Assembly: GCA_001829495.1 (NCBI GenBank)
Contig: MIBJ01000037.1
Location: forward strand, 39,521-103,520
Reading direction: 5' to 3'
From: Spirochaetes bacterium RBG_16_49_21
GTDB taxonomy: Bacteria > Spirochaetota > UBA4802 > UBA5550
DNA: 64,000 nucleotides
How positions within the stretch are numbered: position 1 is the first letter of the stretch; each line of letters begins with the position of its first letter. The notes beneath the pieces were generated by a model that was given only the letters and a program-made list of their open reading frames with translations, was not told the DNA's origin and searched no databases. Shown here one piece after another: positions 1 to 8,057 of the stretch. The translations under genes and the position numbers were made by a program.

Positions 1-486
1 GGCGGAGATATCATCTTCATGAACGAAAACGCCGGGGCGCTGGCCTGGCGCTCAGGGAAGGCTGCAGATGCGGGAACGATATTCGCCCTCTTCCCATCTG
101 CCGAGCTTCTAAAAAAGGAAATCGAGGATATGATATTCGGCCGGCAAACGAGGCAACCCGTCATCACTATGGCCGGGGGAAAGGCAGCCGGCACGACATT
201 CGAGATATCCATTCTTGGCATAAAAAATGAGACGGGCACGCTTATCGGGCTTATGGTTATCGTGCGGGCGGCAGGAGGAGCGCGCGAGCTGCAGGAGATG
301 TACCGCCTGTCAGTACGGGAGATGGAGGTCTTCATCCTTCTTTCCAGCGGCCTGTCGGCGCCTGAAATAGCGCAGGAGTGCGATATCGCACTCCTGACCG
401 CAAAGACCCACATACACAATATTTACCAGAAGACCGGCCTGAGGAACCGCGTTGAGCTTTCCAACCTCCTGAACCGGTACCTCTGA
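1..486 (+). CDS. LuxR/GerE-family transcriptional regulator, C-terminal part (PAS-like sensor + HTH); 5' end lies outside the window
   Basis: Frame is open from nt 1 (GGDIIF precedes the Met at 19). C-terminus 'REMEVFILLSSGLSAPEIAQECDIALLTAKTHIHNIYQKTGLRNRVEL' is a LuxR-type HTH. Stop at 484-486. Confidence 0.8.
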   Translation, partial: GGDIIFMNENAGALAWRSGKAADAGTIFALFPSAELLKKEIEDMIFGRQTRQPVITMAGGKAAGTTFEISILGIKNETGTLIGLMVIVRAAGGARELQEMYRLSVREMEVFILLSSGLSAPEIAQECDIALLTAKTHIHNIYQKTGLRNRVELSNLLNRYL

Positions 487-646
487 TTATCTTCCAAAAA
501 TTATTTCCTTCTTTTGGCTGCGGCCGTCGATTTTTTTCAGTACTACATCGATCGATGTATGGTCAATCCCCTCATTTTCATCATATTGATGAGCATAAAC
601 GCAACAATCCCCTATCAATAAAAAAATCAATACAGAGTAACGTAAA

Positions 647-1897
647 ATGAACAAGTATTCCCTCATCTCTTTTTTTTTCCTGGCAATATACTTATATATG
701 GGGGTTAAAATCCTCCTTAATGAGTATAAGAATAAAGTTAACATGGTGTTCAGCCTTGTCTGCCTGTCAATGGTGATCTGGAGCCTGTTTCTCGGTCTTA
801 CCTATTTGCAGGAAACCCCTGACACTGCTCATTTCTTTTTGAGGCTGGGTTATATTAGCAAATATTTTTTCTTCCCCCTTAACCTTCATTTTTTTTTCAT
901 TCTCACCAAAACAAGATCAAAATTATGGCTCTTGATCCTCTCGTACGTGCCTGCGGTCATTTTAAACATTGCAAATGCAGCCGGCCAGTCGGTGTTCTCA
1001 AGGGTTGATTTAATTGATGATAGGGTTGTCGGAACATTCGACCCTGCATGGGTTTCTTTATATGTCTTTTCCATATTACTCTGTTTTTCCATTTCATTTT
1101 ATATTGTCCATAAATGGGGAAAGCTGACGAATGTTAATAAAGAAAAAATACATTCAAAAATTATTCTTGTTATCTTAACCTTTTCCTACGCCGCCGCCTT
1201 GATACCGAGCATTGTGCTCCCCCTTTTCGGATATATGGAGCTTCAATCCATAGGGGTGTCCTTTTTCTATCTTTATGTCATCGGATTGTTCTTCCTGGTC
1301 TCAAAATTCAGGTTCATGGGCATCAATTATTTATTAACGGCTGATGAAATTATTTCGAATATCAATGATATCGTCATATTATTGGACCTCGATTTGAAGG
1401 TGATAGACGCCAACGCTAAATTTGAACAAGTGCTTTCAATCGCTCCTGAAAAAATAAAGGGTAGATTGTTTTGTGATATTATTATCCCGAATGAAGATAT
1501 TAAAAACAAGTGCGAATATCTTATTAATGATAAGATCAGCGCCACTAATCTGCGAATAAATTATAAAAAAGAAGACGAGTATATCATTACCAGAACGACC
1601 CTGTTAAGGATAAAGGATAAATTCGGCGATCTGGTCGGTTTTCTCGTCATATCCAGCGAGGTTAAAGAGATCAAACAATTCCAGAAATATTTCAAAATCA
1701 CGAACAGGGAGCTGGAGATTATTGAATTAATCATTTACGGGTTAACCTACCGGGATATTTCAGATAAATTGTCGATAGCGGAGACAACCGTTGAGAAGCA
1801 TTTATACAATATATATAATAAGCTCGGAATAAACAATAAAATAGAGCTTATCAGAATAACCGGCGATTTTAATATCAAACCTGCCCTGAGCAATTAG
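647..1897 (+). CDS. membrane-bound one-component regulator: N-terminal multi-pass (about 7TM) domain, PAS-like domain, C-terminal LuxR-type HTH
   Basis: 416 aa ORF. The first ~220 aa contain about 7 hydrophobic helices. The middle resembles PAS ('IVILLDLDLKVIDANAKFEQVL...GDLVGFLVISSEV'). C-terminus 'NRELEIIELIIYGLTYRDISDKLSIAETTVEKHLYNIYNKLGINNKIELI' is a GerE/LuxR HTH. Very AT-rich codon usage. Confidence 0.8.
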   Translation: MNKYSLISFFFLAIYLYMGVKILLNEYKNKVNMVFSLVCLSMVIWSLFLGLTYLQETPDTAHFFLRLGYISKYFFFPLNLHFFFILTKTRSKLWLLILSYVPAVILNIANAAGQSVFSRVDLIDDRVVGTFDPAWVSLYVFSILLCFSISFYIVHKWGKLTNVNKEKIHSKIILVILTFSYAAALIPSIVLPLFGYMELQSIGVSFFYLYVIGLFFLVSKFRFMGINYLLTADEIISNINDIVILLDLDLKVIDANAKFEQVLSIAPEKIKGRLFCDIIIPNEDIKNKCEYLINDKISATNLRINYKKEDEYIITRTTLLRIKDKFGDLVGFLVISSEVKEIKQFQKYFKITNRELEIIELIIYGLTYRDISDKLSIAETTVEKHLYNIYNKLGINNKIELIRITGDFNIKPALSN

Positions 1898-2264
1898 CTA
1901 TTCAAAAACAATCAAATCTACTGGTTTTCCAGTATAGAAAATTTCAAAATTTTGAAACCTCTACCGGTTTTCCATGATGACGAACAACTGAAAATCTTCT
2001 TATTCTATAAGACAACTGTTATAAACAGATATGTCGATATCAACCTTAAAAAATATAAATAAATCGGGCTGTACATGTATTGTGGGGAAACACCCGCCGG
2101 GAGGCGCCGTGCATTATGTTCTGCGTACAATCAACTTATTTACAATATGACCATCTGTTTCTTAACAATTACTCCATTAAAAGTAAAATCTATTAGAAGC
2201 TCCGCTCGCAAATCTGAGCGGCCGGCTGCATAGAGTAAACTATTATTAATTCTAGAGTCATCCA

Positions 2265-2612
2265 ATGATTAAATTAAAAATTGTGAAAATAATATCGATT
2301 TCCACTTTCTTTTTCGCTACATGCCTTAACCTCCCCGGCTGTTCCGATGACGGTAATGATTCAAATATGAGCCTTATCGCAGTGATGGGAGGGGGCGGCG
2401 GGGGACCCGTATGGAACGGCATCGCCCAATGGGCCAAATCGGTTACAACCGGACCGGGGAATTCAATCTTCAACTCGGTGGCGGTCGGAAGCGACGGCAT
2501 CTATGCTGCCGGCTATTTGAACGGCAAAGCCTCAGCGTATGATTTCGGAAATGGAAAGACCGTTACCATTAATAATGCCAATAATAATGTCCTTCTGGTG
2601 AAATATCAATGA
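2265..2612 (+). CDS. putative lipoprotein, probably a truncated remnant of a beta-propeller (SBBP-like) repeat protein
   Basis: Signal peptide with lipobox 'LNLPGC'. One repeat-like unit 'VAVGSDGIYAAGYLNGKASAYDFGNGK...NNVLLVKYQ' ends abruptly at a stop. No continuation in any frame downstream. Confidence 0.45.
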   Translation: MIKLKIVKIISISTFFFATCLNLPGCSDDGNDSNMSLIAVMGGGGGGPVWNGIAQWAKSVTTGPGNSIFNSVAVGSDGIYAAGYLNGKASAYDFGNGKTVTINNANNNVLLVKYQ

Positions 2613-2698
2613 CATCTTGGTTTTATATCCAGAGGCATAAAGCACATAAAGTGCCTGATTTTTCAAAATTTTAAAAAGTGACAGGGGAGGAGATTAAA

Positions 2699-3229
2699 AT
2701 GAATGTAAAATATTTTTGGTTAATTCTTATGTTGACTGGTTCGCTAATGGCCGGTAACTGCGACAGCAGCGAGAATGATTCAAAAAAGAACCAAAGCTTG
2801 CTGTTGTTGTTGGCAGGGGGAGGTGGCACCGGTACTAACCAGGTGATCATTGACGGAACGCTTAAAACCGTTTATGTGGATGGCGGCACGCCCACCATAG
2901 CTGCCTCTTATGATGTTGATAATAATTTTACCACAGTAGCCATGGATTTTGATTCCGCAGGCACGGAAAGAATTGACATTATATTCCCAGGTCATGCAAC
3001 AGGAACCTTTAATGCAAATTCTACTGCCAGCCACAGGCTTATTATTTATACATTTGGAGCGTTATTTATTAGCGATGCCGCATTTGGTGGCAGCGGCACA
3101 ATAAGCATCACCAAATATGACATTCCCAATAGCCTTGTTGAAGGGACATTCAATGGCATAGTATTTAATATGCCAGGCGGGTCATCCCATACGCTTGCAA
3201 ATGGGAGATTTATAGCTCCACTGATGTAA
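2699..3229 (+). CDS. lipoprotein of unknown function
   Basis: ATG at 2699 sits 6 nt after SD GGGGAGGAG; the track start 2678 is GTG upstream of the SD. 'MNVKYFWLILMLTGSLMAGNC' is a signal peptide plus lipobox. Confidence 0.65.
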   Translation: MNVKYFWLILMLTGSLMAGNCDSSENDSKKNQSLLLLLAGGGGTGTNQVIIDGTLKTVYVDGGTPTIAASYDVDNNFTTVAMDFDSAGTERIDIIFPGHATGTFNANSTASHRLIIYTFGALFISDAAFGGSGTISITKYDIPNSLVEGTFNGIVFNMPGGSSHTLANGRFIAPLM

Positions 3230-3322
3230 TATTAAAGCACAAGCAGCAAAATAATTGTCGACACGACCGGCTTACTTATGATATTAGTGAAGTCAGGCAA
3301 TAGCCCATTACGGAGCAGTAAC

Positions 3323-3586
3323 ATGAAAAAACTCTTAATTTTCATTTTTACCACGGCAGCATCTCTCGTTTTGCTGACGTCCGCGGACGGCCAGGATCTT
3401 GGGGAAAGAATCAAGCGCGCGGCCTGCGAGAAGGCCTGCGAAAGGTTATATGAAAAATGTATGGGAACATCGGGAAAGGCTTTGGACCGGGAAAATCAGG
3501 AGGATATCGAATCGGACGCGAAGGATGTGGTAAAAGAAGAGACGTGCCAGGCTTCCCAGGAAGAGTGTCTTAAGTCGTGCGAATGA
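3323..3586 (+). CDS. small secreted Cys-rich protein (87 aa) of unknown function
   Basis: ATG at 3323 follows GGAG at the right spacing. 'MKKLLIFIFTTAASLVLLTSADG' is a signal peptide. Six Cys are spaced in a mirrored pattern, CX3CX6C ... CX6CX3C. Confidence 0.6.
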   Translation: MKKLLIFIFTTAASLVLLTSADGQDLGERIKRAACEKACERLYEKCMGTSGKALDRENQEDIESDAKDVVKEETCQASQEECLKSCE

Positions 3587-3607
3587 GATCAAAGGAGGAA
3601 AATCAGA

Positions 3608-4531
3608 ATGAAAAAGAAACGCAATATTGCAATTGCAGCAACAGCAGCGTGCATGCTTTTTTTTGCATTGAACGCCAATTCTATCATTAAATTGGACCTT
3701 TCCGCGTACCTTGAAAAGGTCCCGGGAATTCCGCGGACCGCCCCGGAAGCGTACAATATGAGCGCAGCGGTTAAAAATTTTAACGACGATTTGAAAAAGA
3801 CGCTGCAGGAGCATGAGGGATCCTCGCGCAAGGATCTGTCGGAATCGCCGCTGGGCAAAGATCCGGAGAAAAAAAGCAAAAAATTGAAGAAATACACGGA
3901 TCCGGAAATGAAAAAGAGAATCAAAACCATGACCGATGAGGAGAAGATGGCCATGGGGATGCAGATGACCAGGGAGATGGGACTGGCCGATTCAGGCCAG
4001 GAGTCGCAGCAGGTGACGAATGAGCTTGCGGCCATAGCCAAATTAAATAATGATCTGCTTCAATATAATCAAGAAGGGCTGGATATTATTAAGAAGATGG
4101 ATAATATTGAGAAAAAACACGCGCCGAAGACACGCGACATCGAAGAGGAAAAGAACTCCTGTCCAAAAATTGATACAGGAAAAGAAGGCCAGGGTGCTCA
4201 TCTCGACCCCAAATGCGTGCACGCGAAAACGCTCCAGATTTATAACTATAACATTCAATTGGAACCGAACAGGCTGAAGGAGTACCAGGGATTATCGGCG
4301 GCTTTCCGGGCAAAGGTAAAGCCGCTCATCGTCCAGCTCAGTAAACGGCTGGCTGCCATTAAATACGGTGATGCAATCAAGGATCCGAAAAATAAAGTGA
4401 TAGTAAACAACGCCCAGACCGCGGCGCTGGGGGCCGTTGCAATTTTATTCAGCATTACATCGAACGCGCAGAAGGGCGCAGCGGGATTGATAGCGGAAAA
4501 AATGGAATACGAAAAAAACTATGGAAAATAA
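3608..4531 (+). CDS. secreted Lys/Glu-rich protein of unknown function
   Basis: SD AAAGGAGGA lies upstream of the ATG. N-terminal signal 'MKKKRNIAIAATAACMLFFALNANS'. The ORF is uninterrupted for 307 aa. Confidence 0.7.
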   Translation: MKKKRNIAIAATAACMLFFALNANSIIKLDLSAYLEKVPGIPRTAPEAYNMSAAVKNFNDDLKKTLQEHEGSSRKDLSESPLGKDPEKKSKKLKKYTDPEMKKRIKTMTDEEKMAMGMQMTREMGLADSGQESQQVTNELAAIAKLNNDLLQYNQEGLDIIKKMDNIEKKHAPKTRDIEEEKNSCPKIDTGKEGQGAHLDPKCVHAKTLQIYNYNIQLEPNRLKEYQGLSAAFRAKVKPLIVQLSKRLAAIKYGDAIKDPKNKVIVNNAQTAALGAVAILFSITSNAQKGAAGLIAEKMEYEKNYGK

Positions 4532-4547
4532 GAGCGGGAGGAGAGAA

Positions 4548-5402
4548 ATGATCAGGATAATACAGATCGGTATACGGTGCATCGCATTTTTCATTATTAT
4601 ATTGGGGTTTTCCGTAGTCGGGGCTGAAAACGAATTCAAGGACACGCCGTATTTTACCGGCATGCCGAGCTTTAAGATTATCGAAGGGACGGACCAGGAG
4701 TTCGGCGATTACCGTTTTTTTAATGGAAAGAGCTGCACTACGATAGAGGGGAAAAAATATTACCGCGCGTACACCTTGAAAGAAGGCGCAAAACAGTCGA
4801 GCGATCTTCAGATCTCACGCAACTACTCGAATTCCATAAGGAGCATGAGAGGCACCATTGTGTTCGAAGGAGAGTGCTCCGGAGCTGACTGCGCGGAAAA
4901 CTGCGGCGGCCGCATGATGATCGGCAAGGTCACCAAGGGAGGGAATGAGCTCTGGATCGAGGTTGCGCCTTTCAATGCGGGAAACGATTATTACCTTACG
5001 CTCGTGGTCAAGGAGGCCATGAAACAGGACGTCACGGCAAGCGATATGTTTGACGCCCTGAACCGCGAGGGGCATGTCGCGCTCTATATCAACTTCGATA
5101 CCGGCAAGTCGGCTATTAAACAAGAGTCCCGGCCGATCATCGACCAGATCGCGGAAATGCTTAAGGCAAATCCCGGGCTTGCAATAAGCGTGGAGGGCCA
5201 TACGGACAACGTGGGCAATTCGAAATCGAACAAGACCCTTTCTGTGGAGCGGGCAAAGGCGGTCGTTGCAGCCATAGCCGCCCAGGGAGTAGATTCGAAA
5301 CGCCTGAGCGCGTCAGGACACGGCCAGGACAAACCGATTGCAGACAACAAGACGGAAGAAGGGAGGGCCAAGAACCGCAGGGTCGAGCTCGTGAAAAGAT
5401 AG
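4548..5402 (+). CDS. OmpA-family (peptidoglycan-associating) protein with an N-terminal Cys-containing domain of unknown function
   Basis: C-terminus 'NFDTGKSAIKQESRPIIDQIAEMLKANPGLAISVEGHTDNVGNSKSNKTLSVERAKAV...GHGQDKPIADNKTEEGRAKNRRVEL' is an OmpA_C-like domain. I prefer the ATG at 4548 (SD GGGAGGAG, no overlap with the previous gene) to the track start 4521. Confidence 0.85.
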   Translation: MIRIIQIGIRCIAFFIIILGFSVVGAENEFKDTPYFTGMPSFKIIEGTDQEFGDYRFFNGKSCTTIEGKKYYRAYTLKEGAKQSSDLQISRNYSNSIRSMRGTIVFEGECSGADCAENCGGRMMIGKVTKGGNELWIEVAPFNAGNDYYLTLVVKEAMKQDVTASDMFDALNREGHVALYINFDTGKSAIKQESRPIIDQIAEMLKANPGLAISVEGHTDNVGNSKSNKTLSVERAKAVVAAIAAQGVDSKRLSASGHGQDKPIADNKTEEGRAKNRRVELVKR

Positions 5403-5420
5403 CGGAGAATTTCCTAAAAA

Positions 5421-5458
5421 ATATTTACGCCCCGAGCATCCGGGGCGTAAATATTTTA
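5421..5458 (+). terminator. rho-independent terminator after the OmpA-like gene
   Basis: Perfect 14 bp stem ATATTTACGCCCCG / CGGGGCGTAAATAT with a 6 nt loop, followed by TTT. Confidence 0.7.
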
Positions 5459-5465
5459 ATATCGC

Positions 5466-5494
5466 TTGACAAAGATTAATCATCTATTCTATAT
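5466..5494 (+). promoter_or_regulatory. candidate sigma70-type promoter for ptsI
   Basis: TTGACA (5466-5471), 17 nt spacer, CTATAT (5489-5494), about 55 nt upstream of the ptsI ATG. Confidence 0.35.
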
Positions 5495-5550
5495 GAATTC
5501 CTCGTCCGCAGAGGCGGTGAGAATTTGATATACTTATATATGATTGTTCA

Positions 5551-7293
5551 ATGTCAACGACCATCACAAAAGGAATAATCGCTTCCCCGGGGATACGGAT
5601 CGGCAAGGCGTATCTGTTCCAGACCGGGAAGATCATCATCCCTAAATACACCATCAGCGAGAACGACGTCGCCTCTGAAATATCCCGGTTTGAGCTGGCA
5701 ATTGAACAGACAAAGAATGAGATCAAAGGGATACAGGAGCAGATAGCCGGCAACCTGTCCAAGGATACTGCGGATATCTTCACCAGCCACCTGATGGTTC
5801 TTGAGGACCCGCAGATCGAGGAAAAAGTCCGTAAGGAAATAATCGAGAAAAAAAAGAACGCGGAATGGACCATAAACGATATCTCGCTGGAGCTCATCAA
5901 CAGCCTGGCGAGCATCGAGGATGATTATCTCAGGGAACGGATAATCGACATATCCGATATCAATAAAAGACTCGTCGCAAACCTCCAGAAGACCGCCTCG
6001 CCCTCTCTACAGAGTATCACTGAGGAGGTCATTGTATTCGCGTCCGACCTCACCCCCTCTGAAACCGCGCTCATGAACAAGGAGCATATACTGGCATTCG
6101 TCACGGACAAGGGAGCCAGAACCTCCCATACCGCGATCATGGCGCGGGCTCTTGAGATACCGGCTATCGTCGGCACCATAAACATCACCTCCCTGGTGAA
6201 GAACGACGATCTGGTCATCGTCGACGCGGTGCACGGCCAGATCATCATCGATCCCTCTCCGGAACAGATCGATGAATTCCGCCGGTATCAGGAAGACTTC
6301 CGCGAGCTGGAGCTGGAGCTTGCCAAGCTCACCAATCTTCCGGCGAAAACCTTCGATTCCGAGGAGATCTTCATTTATGGGAACATCGACGTACCGGAGG
6401 AGATGAAGATCATCAAGGATCACGGGGCGCAGGGAATCGGCCTTTTCCGCTCCGAATTCCTGTTCCTTGACAAGTCGCTCCCGGACGAGGAAAAGCAGTT
6501 CCTCGAATACAAGCGGGTGGCTGATTTCTTCGATCCCGCTCCGGTGACGATCAGAACGATCGACGTCGGCGCGGACAAGGTCTACGCGTACACAAACACC
6601 TACCGGGAACGGAACCCCTCCCTGGGGTGCCGGGCCATACGCTTCAGCCTCGAGAACGAGGCCCTGTTCAAAATTCAGATCAGGGCGATACTCAGGGCGA
6701 GCCATTACGGCAACGTGAAGCTGATGTTTCCGATGATCACCACGATAGAGGAATTCAAAAAGGCGCGGAGGATCGCCGAGGAGAGCATGGACGAGCTCAG
6801 GCGTGAAAAAATTCCCTTTGACGAGAAGATCAATATCGGCCTCATGATCGAGGTTCCCTCGGCGGTGATCAACGCCGATATACTGGCGAAGTACGCGGAT
6901 TTCTTTTCCGTGGGGACGAACGATCTGGTCCAGTACCTGCTCGCGGTCGACCGGATCAGCGAAAAGATCGCGTATCTGTACAACCCCCTCAATCTGTCCG
7001 TTCTCCGCTTCCTCAGGCAGATCGCGGACGTCGCCCGGAAGCATTCGATGCCGCTTTCAATCTGCGGGGAGATGGCGGGCGAGCCCCACTATACCATGGT
7101 GCTTCTCGGCCTGGGCTTCCGCCACCTGTCCATGGCCCCCATCTACATGCACCAGGTGAAAAAGCTGGTCAGGTCGGTCTCCATCGCGGAATGCGTGGAA
7201 ATGGTCGACTCCCTCCTCAAGCTCGAAGATACCGAAGATATCGAGAACATGGTCAGAAAAAAATTTAAGGAAAAGTTCTACGATTTGCCCTGA
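5551..7293 (+). CDS. ptsI: phosphoenolpyruvate-protein phosphotransferase (PTS enzyme I)
   Basis: 580 aa, with 'GARTSHTAIMARALEIPAIVG' (phospho-His region), 'GIGLFRSEFLF' and 'FFSVGTNDLVQY...CGEMAG', all typical of EI. Confidence 0.95.
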   Translation: MSTTITKGIIASPGIRIGKAYLFQTGKIIIPKYTISENDVASEISRFELAIEQTKNEIKGIQEQIAGNLSKDTADIFTSHLMVLEDPQIEEKVRKEIIEKKKNAEWTINDISLELINSLASIEDDYLRERIIDISDINKRLVANLQKTASPSLQSITEEVIVFASDLTPSETALMNKEHILAFVTDKGARTSHTAIMARALEIPAIVGTINITSLVKNDDLVIVDAVHGQIIIDPSPEQIDEFRRYQEDFRELELELAKLTNLPAKTFDSEEIFIYGNIDVPEEMKIIKDHGAQGIGLFRSEFLFLDKSLPDEEKQFLEYKRVADFFDPAPVTIRTIDVGADKVYAYTNTYRERNPSLGCRAIRFSLENEALFKIQIRAILRASHYGNVKLMFPMITTIEEFKKARRIAEESMDELRREKIPFDEKINIGLMIEVPSAVINADILAKYADFFSVGTNDLVQYLLAVDRISEKIAYLYNPLNLSVLRFLRQIADVARKHSMPLSICGEMAGEPHYTMVLLGLGFRHLSMAPIYMHQVKKLVRSVSIAECVEMVDSLLKLEDTEDIENMVRKKFKEKFYDLP

Positions 7294-8045
7294 TGAAGCT
7301 CTACCATGAACTCGCCGAATCCTATTTTGCGATAGAGAACAACCATCGCGACATCCGCCATGACGTGGCGTTCATCACCGGACTGGTCCGCGCCAAGGAT
7401 ACCCCTTCCCTTCTGGACCTGGGCTGCGGCACCGGCGAGCACCTCAATCTGTTGGCAAAGGCAGGCTTCCGGTGTACCGGCATCGACATCAGCGAAGATA
7501 TGCTCGCAACGGCGCGGAAACGATTTTCATCAAAAATCGAGTTCATCCGTATGGACATGGCCGACATAGACTATACGGCTGAATTCGACATGGTGATATC
7601 GCTCTTCGGCTCGTTCAATTACCTGATCAATGACGCCGACATCCTCGCCGTGCTTAAAAAAACGCTTCGGGCGCTCAAGCCGGCCGGTGTGGGGATTTTC
7701 GAGATATGGAACACGCAGCCCATAGTAAAGATAAGGGAAAAGGATATAGACCTGGTATCGGTCACCGACTTTCAGGGTTCTTCGATAAAGCGGGAGCGGG
7801 GATTCAAGCTCAGGGATGACCGGTCCAAAACCGTTGTCGAGGTCAATTACCGGTATAGAATTAATGGCTCTGAAGGAGTAAAGACGCTGCGCGACCGGCA
7901 CATCATGAGGAGCTTCACACCCGAGGAGATCTCGGGATTCCTCTCAAAAGCCGGCCTCACGGTGAAACAGATTTATTCCAACTTTTTATCGCATCCCTAT
8001 GATGAGAATTCAAACAGGATGGTGGTTCTCTTTTCACGGGGCTGA
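7293..8045 (+). CDS. class I SAM-dependent methyltransferase
   Basis: Motif I 'LLDLGCGTGEH' and 'LKPAGVGIFE'. The start codon overlaps the ptsI stop (TGATG). Confidence 0.85.
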   Translation: MKLYHELAESYFAIENNHRDIRHDVAFITGLVRAKDTPSLLDLGCGTGEHLNLLAKAGFRCTGIDISEDMLATARKRFSSKIEFIRMDMADIDYTAEFDMVISLFGSFNYLINDADILAVLKKTLRALKPAGVGIFEIWNTQPIVKIREKDIDLVSVTDFQGSSIKRERGFKLRDDRSKTVVEVNYRYRINGSEGVKTLRDRHIMRSFTPEEISGFLSKAGLTVKQIYSNFLSHPYDENSNRMVVLFSRG

Positions 8046-8057
8046 TAAGGAATTTCT

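Noticed and set aside
6007-7044. Long antisense ORFs inside well-supported genes. Examples: 6007-7044 opposite ptsI, 8301-9191 opposite lon, 11607-12356 opposite clpP/clpX, 12785-13507 opposite tig, 19923-20657 opposite LOG, 33274-33963 opposite the radical SAM gene, 44797-45696 opposite the 1409 aa gene, and 56678-57367 opposite spoT.
   Set aside because: Their translations are Arg/Pro/Gly/His-rich low-complexity strings with no motifs. Each lies opposite a gene with unambiguous family signatures. They are shadow ORFs, as expected in GC-biased coding sequence.
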